DNA of 63,900 nt, counting the filler, from Octopus bimaculoides (taxonomy: Eukaryota), in the NCBI RefSeq assembly GCF_001194135.2. It is 7 parts of 7 records of this genome, joined end to end, with 100 filler letters (N's around TTAATTAATTAA, not from the genome) between each part and the next. Parts side by side here need not be neighbours in the genome. Positions count along the whole stretch, not along the records: positions 29,672 to 55,835 come from NC_068982.1; 6 more parts are not named here. One strand, 5' to 3'. Positions 39,408-52,482 of this stretch are shown here, piece by piece. Within the stretch, counting starts at the first letter, position 1. The number at the start of each line of letters is the position of its first letter. The notes under the pieces are model-generated. The model had not been told where the DNA came from, searched no databases, and was given only the letters and a program-made list of their open reading frames with translations. Position numbers and translations under genes: made by a program.

Positions 39408-39592
39408 GAGGCACAGGCTTGGCTGTGTAGTAAGAAGCTTGCTTCCCAACCACATGGTTCTGGGTTCAGTCCCACTGCATGGCCCCTTCAGCAAGTGTCT
39501 TCTACTATAGCTCCAGGCTGACCAAATCATTTAGTGGATTTGGTAGATGGAAACTGAAAGAAGCTTGTTGTATGTGTGTGTGTGTGTGTATG

Positions 39593-39667
<75 letters not shown>

Positions 39668-39915
39668 GTGTGTATGTACATATGTGTGAGTATGTATCTC
39701 TGTGTCTGTGTTTGATCCCCCACTACTGCTTGACAACTGATCCTGGTATTTTTGCATTCCTGTAACTTAGCAGTTTGGCAAAAGAGACCAATAGAATAAG
39801 TACCAGTTTTAAAAGAAAAAAAAGTCCTGGGGTCAATTTGTTTGACTGAATTCTTCAAGGCAGTGCTCCAGCATGGCCATAGTCCAATGACAGACACAAG
39901 TAAAAGAAATACAAA
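39408..39915 (+). mobile_element. Full-length bipartite SINE family A with expanded internal (TG)n(TA)n
   Basis: Head, CORE-like motif, microsatellite and 3' module all visible. Confidence 0.9.
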
Positions 39916-41659
39916 AGAAAGATATAAAACTGTTATAAAATTGATTTCTTTCTTCAGTATGCAAATTTAATTTTTGCCAAGAACGATTATAGATAATTGA
40001 AGCAACTCCCAAGAGTTTAATGCCTGTAGGATATGAACTCTAACACAAATATCCCAGCAGTCTACTGTTCCATGTTGCAGACATTTTGGCATTTTAATAC
40101 GTCCAATGAAACAAATAAATGAGACATGGAAGAGAAACAGATTGTGCAAGAGGGAGAATGTGAGTGTCACTGAAATTGTTGTTATTGCTAACACCGAGAA
40201 GAAGCTGTTTCCTTCTCATTCAGCAAATGGAATGGAACTTTGGTCAGGAAGAACTGGAGTCATCGGACTGTATCCCAACAGTCATTGGGTGTTTAGACGA
40301 TTGTGGTCTCATGTGGTGAAACCATCTAATAATGACTGTTCAGAAAGCTGGAATGGAAGATGTCATTCGAGGAAAGAACACTGTACAATGAATATCCACA
40401 GAACCAAGCTGTAGCTGTTAAATGCTTTTTACTCCAGGTCACATGCTGAATAAATCACAAAAGGGATTTACAAGTGAAAGGCCATGTTCAGCTTCTGTGT
40501 ATCCTACATCATGGATGCTCAATAGCAATGCAAGGGCTAAAGAGGTCATGTCTTTGCACGCTGGTGTCATGGGGACAAAGAGAAAGGACTAAGTGCCGGA
40601 ACCTCAGAGTGTGCCATCTAGTGGTGAGCTATTTAGACAGCTACAGTCAGGGGAAGTAACTGCGCCTACAGGTGTTTTGACCCTGTACTGTAACCCCCCC
40701 CCCATTGGTGGGTCAGCAGAGGTAGCCAAATCACTACTCGTCCTCTCCTCCTGGTTTCCAACTTCAATCCTCTTTTTGACTCCACAACCAGCAACAGGCT
40801 CTTCCCCCTACCTCTCCCATTCGGTGCCCATCTACCCTTCGCTCTTTCCCTCTCATTCCAATGGCTGCAAGCATCCTCCTCGCCAACTGGGTAGGGAACC
40901 TCCTACAGCCAATCTTGACTGGGGAAAGCCATGACTGCCATCCCTTCTCTCTGCAGGAGGCTCTATGAGAAAGAAAACAAATATGGATAGGAGACAATCA
41001 TAAAGGAAAACCTGATATAGTTGATTCATAATCTTAATCTCTGCTTAAAAAATAGATTAAACATGATCTGCTTAAATGAAATGCAATGAAAATATCATAT
41101 TGCAAGTGAGTGTACGTTTATACAAGCAACAACAATTAAAAAGAATATATAACAATGCATGTAACATACTAAGTAAGTGAATGAATATTTACATTAAAAC
41201 AGCCAAGAAAACAATTTTTACATTAACAAAATTGACACAAGAACTATTCACGGTAAGTCATTGTTTTTAATATGAAAGGAGGTTCTGTTTAAATAGATAC
41301 AGCCAACATTGTGTATGTAAGAAGAGACACAAACACATGTATGTGTGTGTTTATGTATGTTTGTTACATAAATTACTGATGTATACTAGCATTAGTAATT
41401 TCTATGCACCTATATGAGTATGTATTGCAATATTTACATATATATATATATATGAGGATACATATTTGCATGCTTTTCTATAGGTATGCATGTCTGCACG
41501 AAAAAATTTAATTCACATAATGTATTTTCCATAAGAGGGATTTGGCAAAATGAAGTGCAAAATCTTTCTGCTTCAGAGAGTAAAAATATTTCTATGTAAA
41601 AAAACCCCCCAAAAAACCCCAAAAAAACCAAGCAAACTAATAATATAATTTACCTAGGT

Positions 41660-41900
41660 TGTTCTTATTTCTTTATTGCCCACAAGGGGATAAACATAGA
41701 GGGGACAAACATGGACAGACAAAGGGATTAAATCAATTAGATCGATCCCAGTGCATAACTGGTACTTAATTTATCGACGCCGAAAGGATGAAAGGCAAAG
41801 TCGACCTTGGCAGAATTTGAACTCACAACGTAATGGCAGATGAAATACCGCTAAGCATTTCACCCAGCGTGCTACCGATTCTGCCAGCTCGCCGCCTTAT
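41660..41900 (-). mobile_element. SINE family B
   Basis: Reverse complement of a near-complete family B copy. Confidence 0.88.
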
Positions 41901-42444
41901 GTGAACTAGTTTTTATATTTGGCAGGATGTGCCAAAAACGTTGTTCAGGATGTTGTATGTAACCCCAGGTTGTTTCTGATGGAGCAGTTTTGGGGTATGA
42001 AGTTAGCCAAAATGACTTGATATGACATACAAAATTGTCATTTCAGAAATACCTTCCATAGGCACGGGTGGAGTTGTGTGGTAAGAAGTTTGCTTCCCAA
42101 CCATATGGTTCTGGGTTCACTCCCACTGTATGGCACCTTGGGCAAGTATCTTCTGCTATAGCTTTTGGCCAACCAAAGTCTTGTTAGTGGATTTGGTAGA
42201 CGGAAGCTGAAAGAAAGCATGTGTGTGTGTGTATGTATATATATATATATATATATATGTATACTAAAACGAATGGTTTACACCTGCATTTATTTATCAC
42301 CTGACAAGATACATCTTCACTGCTGGATGCTCCTGAACCAATTGTTGAGTGTCCCAGCCATGAGGAATCGATGCTAGATGTGTTGGAACAATTGTTGTGA
42401 TTAATAATGAATTCTCGTATATTCCATCTTCTATTTGCCATATA

Positions 42445-42517
<73 letters not shown>

Positions 42518-42544
42518 CATACATATGTATATACATACACACAC

Positions 42545-42582
<38 letters not shown>

Positions 42583-43077
42583 CTTTAAATATATATATAT
42601 GTGTGTGTGTGTGTGTATCTATGTGTGTGTGTCTGTGTCTAAGTTTCTCCCCCACCAACACCTGACATTTAATTTAGTAAAAAAAGCACCCAGTACACTT
42701 TATAAAGTGATTGGTATTAGGAAAGGTAACCAGTTGTGGAAACAGACAATTGGCGCCTGGTGCAGTTCCACACATTACCAGCTCCTGTCAAACCATCCAA
42801 TCCCTGGCAGCATGAAAAATGGACATTAAATGATGAAGACATCAGCTGAGAGGCAGATCATACACGAACAGTTTGAGTAGGATCCATGTTTAGTGGAAAG
42901 AAAAGAAAGGATAAATCCAAAAATTGTCTAAACGTTGCTACAGGTTTTTGTAGCAATGATAATCAGTGACAATAAAAATTATAAATACATTCATTTCAGA
43001 ATTGATCTGAGAGTAAGTTGGGTGTTGTTATGTTCATGGAAACCCTTAGTATATGGGGGGGGGGGGGGNNNNNNNNN

Positions 43078-43275
43078 NTCATCATCATCATCGTTTAACG
43101 TCCGCTTTCCATGCTAGCATGGGTTGGACGATTTGACTGAGGACTGGTGAAACCGGATGGCAACACCAGGCTCCAGTCTGATTTGGCAGAGTTTCTACAG
43201 CTGGATGCCCTTCCTAACGCCAACCACTCAGAGAGTGTAGTGGGTGCTTTTACGTGTCACCCGCACATTACGTGT
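43078..43275 (-). mobile_element. 5'-truncated RTE-type 3' UTR copy
   Basis: (CAT)n-CGTTTAACGTCCGCTTTCCATGCTAGCATGGGTTGG...GGATGCCCTTCCTAACGCCAACC. Related copies lie at about 19600-19640, 29390-29520, 42680-42835, 50540-50589, 51420-51600, 53110-53160, 55670-55835 and 62140-62520. Confidence 0.8.
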
Positions 43276-43493
43276 CACCCGCACGCATTGCCAAATATAA
43301 AAACTAGTTCACATAAACATGCTACCATAATTCTGAAATATTCCACTGTTGTAAACCGTTCCTGTTATATCTCTGTCAGCTGATGGACCATACTATAGGT
43401 AGTTTGTTAAAACTATTCAGTTAGTGCCAAAATAATCACAGTTTTGGATTATTTTAAACTTTTAATGCATATTTTCAAATAAACTTCTTTTTA

Positions 43494-44027
43494 CATCTAA
43501 TACAGGATAAAATTTTTTCGAAAAATTTCATCAAGTGACCAGCATATTAAAATACCTTTTAAGGTGAAAATTATAGACAATTATAAATAGGAGCAAAAGA
43601 AAAAAGATTTCTATGCCAATATGCTGAGAAATAGACTTTAAATCGTCAATCACAACATACAATATACATTCACCATGAATACACGTTCTAAGGAAATCAA
43701 GGAAAGCAAGCTAACAGAATTTTTTGGGTACTTATGTGTACTCATGACTTTTGCTTCCGCTTTTTTCCATGGGTGCTTGTAAGTATTTCATTTATTTCTT
43801 AACATATTCTCTGCTGATGAGTGGAAAAATCCATTGGATTAATCCCGATATTGTTCGATACAGAAATAATGAATTTTTAAAAAAATTCTGTTAGCTTGCT
43901 TTCCTTGATTTCCACAGAACGTGTATTCATGGTAATGCATATTGTATGTGGTGATTGACAATTTAAAGTCTATTTCTCAACATATTGGCATAGAAATTTT
44001 TTCTTTTGCCCTTATTTATAATTGTTT
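43494..44027. mobile_element. 534-bp inverted-repeat insertion with 15-bp TSD (PLE pseudo-LTR-like)
   Basis: ATAAACTTCTTTTTA at 43479-43493 and 44028-44042. Inverted arms of about 150 bp (about 43569-43722 and 43880-44027) surround a core containing CTGATGAG. Confidence 0.8.
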
Positions 44028-44937
44028 ATAAACTTCTTTTTATGTAACCCTTTTTCAAGTAACATACCATTTCCAGCACAGATTTCCAGTCAGTGGTTTA
44101 GGGTAGTGGTCTTGCTTTCACTGTCTATTCATGTTTATTTTAGGCTGTCAAATTAAAATTGTAGGAGAAAAGTAATTCTGAGTTATTTTATTGTATGAAC
44201 TCAAAATGAAATGCAAAACAGCAAAAAACTGCTCACAATATCAACCAAGCATTTGAATGAATGCATAGCTTAACATGGGTTCCAAAAATTTCACAGTGGA
44301 GACGAGTCTTGAAGAAGAGGAAGATTGCAGATGACTTTCTGTGAGAGACGGCGTTCAACCGAGGAACATTATTGAAGCAGATCCACTCAAAATAACTTTA
44401 GAGATGGCAAAATAACTAAATGTTGACCATTCAACAGATTTTTTCAGACACTTGTATGATAATGCAAAGTTAAAAACATTTGCCAAACAGTTGCTACATG
44501 ACCTGAAGGAAAAAAGATCTTTCTCACAAGATCTATTCGGCACTTTTATTGTATAACAAAATAACAATCCATTTCTTGATCACATTATAACATGATAAAA
44601 ATTAGATTTTACAGAATATCCAACAGCATTTTGTATGGTTACTGGGCTGGGGTGACACACTGAAACACTTTCTGAAACCAAAGCTGTATCAAAGGAAGTT
44701 TATGGTGGTTGGTTACTAGAATTATTTCCTTATTATTTCTTAAATCCTAGCAAAACCATTTCAGCAGAGAAATATTATCAAACGAATCAACAAACTGCAT
44801 CAAGAATAGCTCTATTTACTTCCAGCATTGGTCAGTTGAAAAGGACTGATTCTTCTCCAAACAAAAGCCCAATCTCATGTCTCACAAATGTCTCGGAGAA
44901 ACTGAATGAACTGATAATTAACAGCAATAAAAGGTAA

Positions 44938-45262
44938 CTTTGATCTCCCTCTTAACATGGAGGCTCTGCTTGAACACAGAATACTGTGTTATCTATGCTG
45001 TGAGGATCTCTCATAAGGACTTGTGATGCAAAAAGGAAATCGTAATTATATTGCTGACAGACGTGAACCATCTGCTATGGCCACCAGGACAAACCCAAGT
45101 GATCTGGTAGTTCCACTGGTTATAGCAAACAATTCTTGTCTGTCAATGATATAATTACAAGAGCTTTTATGCATCACAAGTCCTTACAGGCATTCCTCTC
45201 GAGATAAATAATGCCGTATTCTCTGTTCTAACACAACCGCCACCTTAAGTAGGCGATCAAGA
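44938..45262. mobile_element. Foldback/MITE-like insertion in the mariner ORF
   Basis: Perfect 17-bp inverted repeat (45014-45030 and 45170-45186) plus further imperfect paired segments. It interrupts the transposase between KLNEL and the SPDL-like region. Confidence 0.7.
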
Positions 45263-46064
45263 CTGTTTTTTTGACTGAACCAGTTACAGAACTCTACCTG
45301 ATCCTGTTAATTCGTTAGACCATCCAACTGAGTACCACTTTCTCAAGCATCTCAATAACTTATTACAAAAAAGTCTTTGACAGCCAAACAGCATCTTCAA
45401 AAATGTATCACTTCTTGTCCAGAATTCTATCCAAACAGAATGAACAGATTTTGTTGGGGTTTTTTTTTTGTAGAAATAGATAGTTGTTGAGAAAAATGCG
45501 TAAATTTTAATAGTTATTAATTCAATTAATAAGATTTATTCTAAGTTAAGGCCATTGCTTCAAAGTTGAAGGCTAAAAATTGCAATTATTTTTGCACTGA
45601 GCTAATATGTAAATGTCAGAGATTCTAGCTGCCCAATATCTAACTAACTCTTAGGGCATTAAATAGTTGAGGCAAACACCACTTAGACAGAATGTTACTC
45701 AATAAATAATGTGGCAAATGCATTATGAAATCACACAAAGATAAATGTCCCAAAGCCAAGAGATGACAAAATGCTTGCACACTATTTCAGTTTGTGATAT
45801 ATGAGCTGAGAGTTCAATCCATTTTCATTTCCCCTTTATATTGCAAATCAGGTTTATGCTAGGCACCTTGTATCATCTGAGAAACAATTAATACTTGGTT
45901 ACTTTCTACATGCAAAGATAAGGGTGGTAGTAGACTGATAAAATAAGCATCCATTTTAAAACTAAGTACTCACATAAAGCTGTTTGACTAAAACCTTCAA
46001 GGTGGTGCCCCAGCATGGCCACAGTCCAATAACTGACACCAGTAAAATATTAAATATAAAAGAT

Positions 46065-46195
46065 GAAACATTATTTACATTTGATGGATATTTGTCCTCA
46101 TCTTGTGAAGGCTGAAGGGTATATCAGCCGAAACATGTTAACAACAAACAAAATGAGGACAAATATCCGTCAAATGTAAATAATGTACATAATTC
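46065..46195. mobile_element. SINE family E tails in inverted (head-to-head) arrangement
   Basis: A minus-orientation tail (46065-46110) is fused to a plus-orientation TGAAGGCTG..CAGCCGAAAC...AAATAATGTACATAATTC. Confidence 0.75.
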
Positions 46196-48480
46196 NNNNN
46201 NNNNNAATATCCGTCAAATGTAAATAATGTACATAATTCCTCATCTCTTAAATATAGAATTCTATTATAAAAGATGCAAGATAAAATGAAAAGATACCTA
46301 AAGTGCAATTCATTGTGTTTTCATATTTCTTTATGCAAATCACTGTATTTATAGAAGTTTCTCTTGATTAAGAAAACATGGTGTTACGAACTTTTGGCAA
46401 CATGAGCCTTCAGGTGATCAAACGTTTCATTACACTCATCTGAACTTAACCTCAACAATTTAGCCTCAGCATAACAATAAAGTAAAAATGGCAAGGCTCT
46501 AGAGGATTATTGGAGGACTTTTATTCAGTGCTTACACATGGTATCTGCTAACCTGTTAAATTGTGCATTTGCATAGTGTATACATGCAGCCACATGTAGG
46601 AGAGCATGTGTTAAATCAAACTTCGTACTACTGTTGTAATTTTGGTATTTGACACTAATTTCTTGTACTACATAGGAGCTTAGATCCTCTATAAAAAATG
46701 TCTTAAAGCTGCACTTGTTATATTTTTAGACAATGCTTGAAATTTCTGCATATTTTATGGACGTCTGTCTATAATAAATATGAGATGTAAAGAGGTGTAG
46801 AATATAGAATATATTTCTGATATTAAGAAGAAGAAAAAAGATAAAAAGATAAAGTCTTGCTTGCAAGAGAGCTCACAACTATTGGTGATGGACAACTGAG
46901 CACTTCTCTTGACATAAAGTATACAATGTTAACTTACATGAAAACTGAGGATGAGGAACTTCAGAAGAGACTGGCTTTAAAAGAAAGATATTAGTTGGTG
47001 CATTTAGAAGTGATAGATATGTTAGTATGAACATTAAATATAAATCAGTGATGCTTGTTGAAAGCAAAAGTGTTAGGATGTCATAGTGGAAAGGTAGTTG
47101 CAATAGCTGCAGTAGAACAAAGAAGATCTGAAAACAAGCGCCCTTGCATATTAAATTGGACACGATCAAGGCACTTTGATGATGATGTATAGCATAATTT
47201 CCATATTCCTACCAGAATGCAAAGAGGACATTAAAAAAAATACTGTGATGATAATAGAGCTACTGAAAACTATTAAATATCTACAAACACACACACACAC
47301 ACACACACAAAAAAAAAAAAAATCAGTGTTTTATCATGCAATATGTAAATGAGATCAAATAATAGCCTAGTTTAGAGAAATCAAACTATGAATAACACCC
47401 AGCCAGACAGTTCTTGTTCTGTGTCTGAATGTGTAGACACCAGTCTAAATATCACCAAAGTCTCTCGATCCTACAAACATACAAGACACACATCTATTCT
47501 TCTCTGAGACACAAATCTTTCATCCCCAAAGCCATCTCAGCTGTGATTCTACAAATATGTCTGCCAAGCTACTTTCTATATATACGTCTTTCTGTGCTCA
47601 GATAAATATGATATTTCATATCAACATATGATAATACCTTCAACTCCGATAGACACAATGATACCATAACCAATTTCATTCACATTTCTTATGTTTACAC
47701 AAAAGAACTGTGTGGAATTCAGTTTCCTGAGAGAATACATATGATCTATGTAGAATTTGTTTTTTTTATTAAATGGCATCATGCCAAAATTTAGAAAGAA
47801 TCAACGCTGTTAGCAGAATGTAAAAAAAATCAGGCTATTTTTGAAAAATGTATCTAGTAATCACAGATTGAGAATATGTTTGTTTGGTTTTTAAATTATT
47901 CAAACAACCATTAATGTTAATAAGAGGAACTAAATACAATTGTCAAAATCAAACAAAGATTGATACATTAAAAGAATTAACATAAAACTGTATATTGTAT
48001 TTTCAGCTTTTGGCAAATTTGTAGATTAGCTGAAAGCCAAAAGCTGAAAGTGTCCATTCTAAGAAGAGATATCACCAACAGCAAAAGAGAAGAAAATTGA
48101 ATAAAATAAACATGTTGGTGGAAGTGTGTGTGTGTGTGTGTGTGTGTGATAATGTCTGTCTAGTTTTGAAATTTATTTATTCTTTTTGGATAATAAAAAA
48201 TAACATTTTTCTCATTATTTACCATGTAAAATCCATGCCCATGGAAGCCTTAGGATTGTAGTGTGTAAAAATTTAAAAAAGAAAAAGGAAAAATTCAGTA
48301 TAATAATAATGTTCCTCAAAATCTGGACAGGTGCAGAAGTTGCTGTGTGGTAAGTAGCTTGCTTACCGATCACATGGTTCCGGGTTCAGTCTACTGAACA
48401 CTCATTCGTGTTCTTTTTATAGTTACACCACACCTGAAACCAACCCTGACTCAGATCTATGGTTTATATTGGGTTTGGTA

Positions 48481-48518
<38 letters not shown>

Positions 48519-48759
48519 CCTGTAATACATTACTAACACAGGACACCTCATGGGTGTTTTTACTTCATTGCGAAGTCAGCGTTATGGGACCTAGCCAGTC
48601 CTGGCGGCCTACATGCTGATACGGCTAAATTCTAAAGAATCCCTGAAGTAATCTGTGTGTTTGTGCATGTGCGTTTGTGTTGCATGTGTGTATGTGCATT
48701 TGTGTGCGTGTGTGTGTGTTTGTGTTCATGTGTGGGTGTGTGATGATGGGGATGGTGGC

Positions 48760-49212
48760 GGTGGTGATGATGCTGATGATTATGATAAGGATGATGAGGA
48801 TGAAGATGATGAAGATGGTGGTGGTCATGATGATGATGTGGATGAGGATGAAGATGATGAAGATGAGGACGATGATGATAATGATGAAGATGAGGATGAA
48901 AATGATGATGGTTGTGGTGAGGATGATGATGAGGATGATGATGATAATGATGAAGATGAGGAGGAAAATGATGATGGTTGTGGTGAGGATGATGATGAGG
49001 ATGATGATGATAATGATGAAGATGAGGAGGAAGATGATGATGGTTGTGGTGAGGATGATGATGAGGATGATGATGATAATGATGAAGATGAGGAGGAAGA
49101 TGATGATGGTTGTGGTGAGGATGATGATGATAATGAGGATGATGATAATGGTGGTGATGATGATGATGATAATGATGATGAGGAGGATGATGATGAGGGG
49201 GAGGAGGAGGAG
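48760..49212. repeat. (GAT/GAG)-rich array containing a 66-bp higher-order repeat
   Basis: GGTTGTGGTGAG recurs at 48910, 48976, 49042 and 49108. Confidence 0.92.
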
Positions 49213-49285
49213 AAGGCAGTTACCTAACGCTCTAAGTTTCCTGACGGTTAACTCAAAGTTTGAAACTTTGTAACTCCCATTTCAT

Positions 49286-49506
49286 GAATTCTTTGGCATT
49301 TAATCCAGCCAAATCCTGCCCAAATATTCTTCCAGTTTTACGTTAAAACTGACCAGATCCAACCTTTCACACCTACCCTACAATATTGTTCTAAAAATAT
49401 ACAAACACACCACTGAAAGCCAGAAAATAATGTGTGATTAATTTAAAACAACACGAATAAAGAAGTATTACATTTGACAAAGGAATCTAAAAGCTAAAAG
49501 GGTTAA
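49286..49506. mobile_element. Possible piggyBac-like MITE
   Basis: The right end AGCTAAAAGGGTTAA ends in TTAA, and the decayed left end TTCTTTGGCATT is roughly complementary. Confidence 0.4.
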
Positions 49507-51984
49507 TATAATAAATATAAGAAATACCAGCTGTGAATTTCATGTGGCATCGCAGAGAAAATATTTTCAAGACTCCAAATAAAATATTGAGACTGACCGT
49601 GTCAAAAGAAGCCATAATATAAATTGATTTTCTCAATTCTGAGCTGAGACAAACACTTTATGTAAATTTCATTTAGTGTTCTTATCACAAAGTCATCATA
49701 ATATTCCAAGCATGAACATTTAAAAACGGTGCCAAGTTTAGAATGATATTTGAGGACTTATATCAAAATTTCCTATTAAGTATAAATATGCTCAATCAAG
49801 TGATTCCTGCAGTAATTTATTTTGCAAAAGAAAAGTAGACAACCATTCCTCTACGAAGAATAGCCAAAAGTGAGAAAAAAAAAAAAATTAAGCATTACAA
49901 CTTCCTGTATGTTTGCCCCTTAAAAAACATCTCAGACTTTGAGAGTATATGAGAACTGGTCATGGGAACTATTAACTATACTGTAAGTGGTTGTATTTGA
50001 GACGTAGTTTCTGCTAACTTTTCAGTAATATAATAATAGAAAATGTTAAAGCTATAAGTGAATGCCTAATGAAGATAGAAATGACATCGAAAACATTCAA
50101 AGCACAGCTAGCATTTAGCTGCGATAAACCTAACAAAAACATCAATGTTCCTCCATTTATATAAGACCAACACACAAGCGCACAGCCTCTTCTGGTATCC
50201 AAGAGGAATGCAAATTTATTGATTATTTCTACAATATCAATGTTATATATGTATGCATGCATGCATGTATGTATGTATGTATGCATTTTATTTATTTATT
50301 TATGGGTTTCAGCCAAGTGGCTGTGGTCATGCTGGAGCACCACCGTGACTTTCCGTCTTTATGCTGTGCTCTCTTCATGTTCCTTGCCTGGCTCTTCTCC
50401 TCCACCTGATATAGTTCAATCAAGAGTTTTGATGGCACATCTGGTGTATAAGAGAATTTGACATCGCTGCCCTAAACTGCGTCTCATTTCGAGCCATTGG
50501 TTCGTCTGGTATCGTGTGTATGTATATATATATATATATATCATCATCATCATCATCATCATCGTTTAACGTCCGCTTTCCATGCTAGCNNNNNNNNNNN
50601 NNNNNNNNNNNNNNNNNNNNNNNNNNNNNNNNNNNNNNNNNNNNNNNNNNNNNNNNNNNNNNNNNNNNNNNNNNNNNNNNNNNNNNNNNNNNNNNNNNNN
50701 NNNNNNNNNNNNNNNNNNNNNNNNNNNNNNNNNNNNNNNNNNNNNNNNNNNNNNNNNNNNNNNNNNNNNNNNNNNNNNNNNNNNNNNNNNNNNNNNNNNN
50801 NNNNNNNNNNNNNNNNNNNNNNNNNNNNNNNNNNNNNNNNNNNNNNNNNNNNNNNNNNNNNNNNNNNNNNNNNNNNNNNNNNNNNNNNNNNNNNNNNNNN
50901 NNNNNNNNNNNNNNNNNNNNNNNNNNNNNNNNNNNNNNNNNNNNNNNNNNNNNNNNNNNNNNNNNNNNNNNNNNNNNNNNNNNNNNNNNNNNNNNNNNNN
51001 NNNNNNNNNNNNNNNNNNNNNNNNNNNNNNNNNNNNNNNNNNNNNNNNNNNNNNNNNNNNNNNNNNNNNNNNNNNNNNNNNNNNNNNNNNNNNNNNNNNN
51101 NNNNNNNNNNNNNNNNNNNNNNNNNNNNNNNNNNNNNNNNNNNNNNNNNNNNNNNNNNNNNNNNNNNNNNNNNNNNNNNNNNNNNNNNNNNNNNNNNNNN
51201 NNNNNNNNNNNNNNNNTCTCAAATACAACCACTTACAGTATAGTTAATAGTTCCCATGACCAGTTCTCATATACTCTCAAAGTCTGAGATGTTTTTTAAG
51301 GGGCAAACATACAGGAAGTTGTAATGCTTATATATAAACAAAGCCTTGAAAGCGGATTTCATAGACAGAAACTGAAAGAAGTCGTAAAAGAGAGTGGGGT
51401 GGTTGATTTAGGGATCATCATAAAGGACACCCAGTACACTCTGGAAAAGGGTTGGCATTAGGAAGGGCTTTCAGGTGTAGAAACCATGCCAAACAGACAG
51501 TGCCACCTGGTGTGCCTCCTGACCTTGTCAACTCCTGTCGAACCATCCAACCCATGCCAGCATGGAAAATGGATGCTAAACGATGACAACGATGATGATG
51601 ATGATATATATGTATATGGTATATATGTATATGGTATATATGTCCATGGTTGGTATGGGGTGTGCAGTGTAATCTCTCACACACAGACACACACACATAG
51701 AGAGCAAGACGATGGCAATAAAAGCTTCAAATTATAGTTAACAATTTAACACCAATGCAGTTAACTGAATGATTGAGTATACCTATGCTATTATTTCTCA
51801 TTCTAATGCAGATCAATAATCCGTTTCAAAGAGGTATAATGGTAGATGGGGGTATTCAGAGGAGCCATTTGTAATCTGAATATTGGTTTCAGTAAAATCT
51901 TTTTATCCGTTACAATAATCAATTAATGATCAAATATCATTGTAGATTATGTCCAGTAATATATGCAGATATCATCATAATCAT

Positions 51985-52482
51985 CATCATTGTCCTTTAA
52001 CGTCCGCTTTCCATGCTGGCATGGGTTGGACGGTTTGACTGAGGACTGGTGAACCAGAAGGCAGCACCAGGCTCCAATCTGATATGGCAAAGTTTCTACA
52101 GCTGGATGGCCTTCCTAACACCAACCACTCCGAGAGTGTAGTGGGTACTTTTACGTGCCACCAGCATGAGGGTCAGTCAGACAGCATTGGCAAGAGCCAC
52201 GCTCGAAATGGTGTTTTATGTGCCACCTGCACAGGAGCCAGTCCAGTGGAACTGGCAATGACCTCGCTCGAATGTCTTTTCACGTGCCACCGGCACAAAT
52301 GCCAGTAAGGCGACGCTGGTAACGATCACGCTCAAATGGTGCTATTTACATGCCACTGGTACAGAAGCCAGACAGCTGCTCTGGCAATGATCACACTCAG
52401 ACAGTGCTGTTAGCGCTCCACTGGCACAGGTGCCAGTCATCGAATTTAGTTCAATTTCGATTTCAATTTCACTTGCCCCAAC
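51985..52482 (-). mobile_element. RTE-type 3' UTR copy with internal short tandem subrepeats
   Basis: Same tail family as 43078. Repeated CGTGCCAC..GGCAC..GCCAG units span 52150-52440. Confidence 0.75.

Larger units (their letters stand above)
43414..45607 (+). mobile_element. Degraded mariner transposon (Hsmar1/cecropia-like) with two nested insertions
   Basis: TIR-like ends TATTCAGTTAGTGCCAAAATAATCAC and GCAATTATTTTTGCACTGAGCTAATA. Decayed frames match ..AHNINQAF.., IIEADPL..NVDHST, KHFLKPKLYQRK and EYHFLKHLNN. Confidence 0.82.

Noticed and set aside
40106-40934. 102-aa and 113-aa ORFs in GC-richer sequence
   Set aside because: No recognisable domain. Probably decayed retroelement sequence, but the family could not be supported.
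46162-46240. Direct repeat AATATCCGTCAAATGTAAATAATGTACATAATTC on both sides of a 10-N gap
   Set aside because: Typical unmerged contig overlap.
46940-47720. Possible very old RTE 3' fragments (also about 38000-38270)
   Set aside because: Too decayed to assign boundaries or family with confidence.
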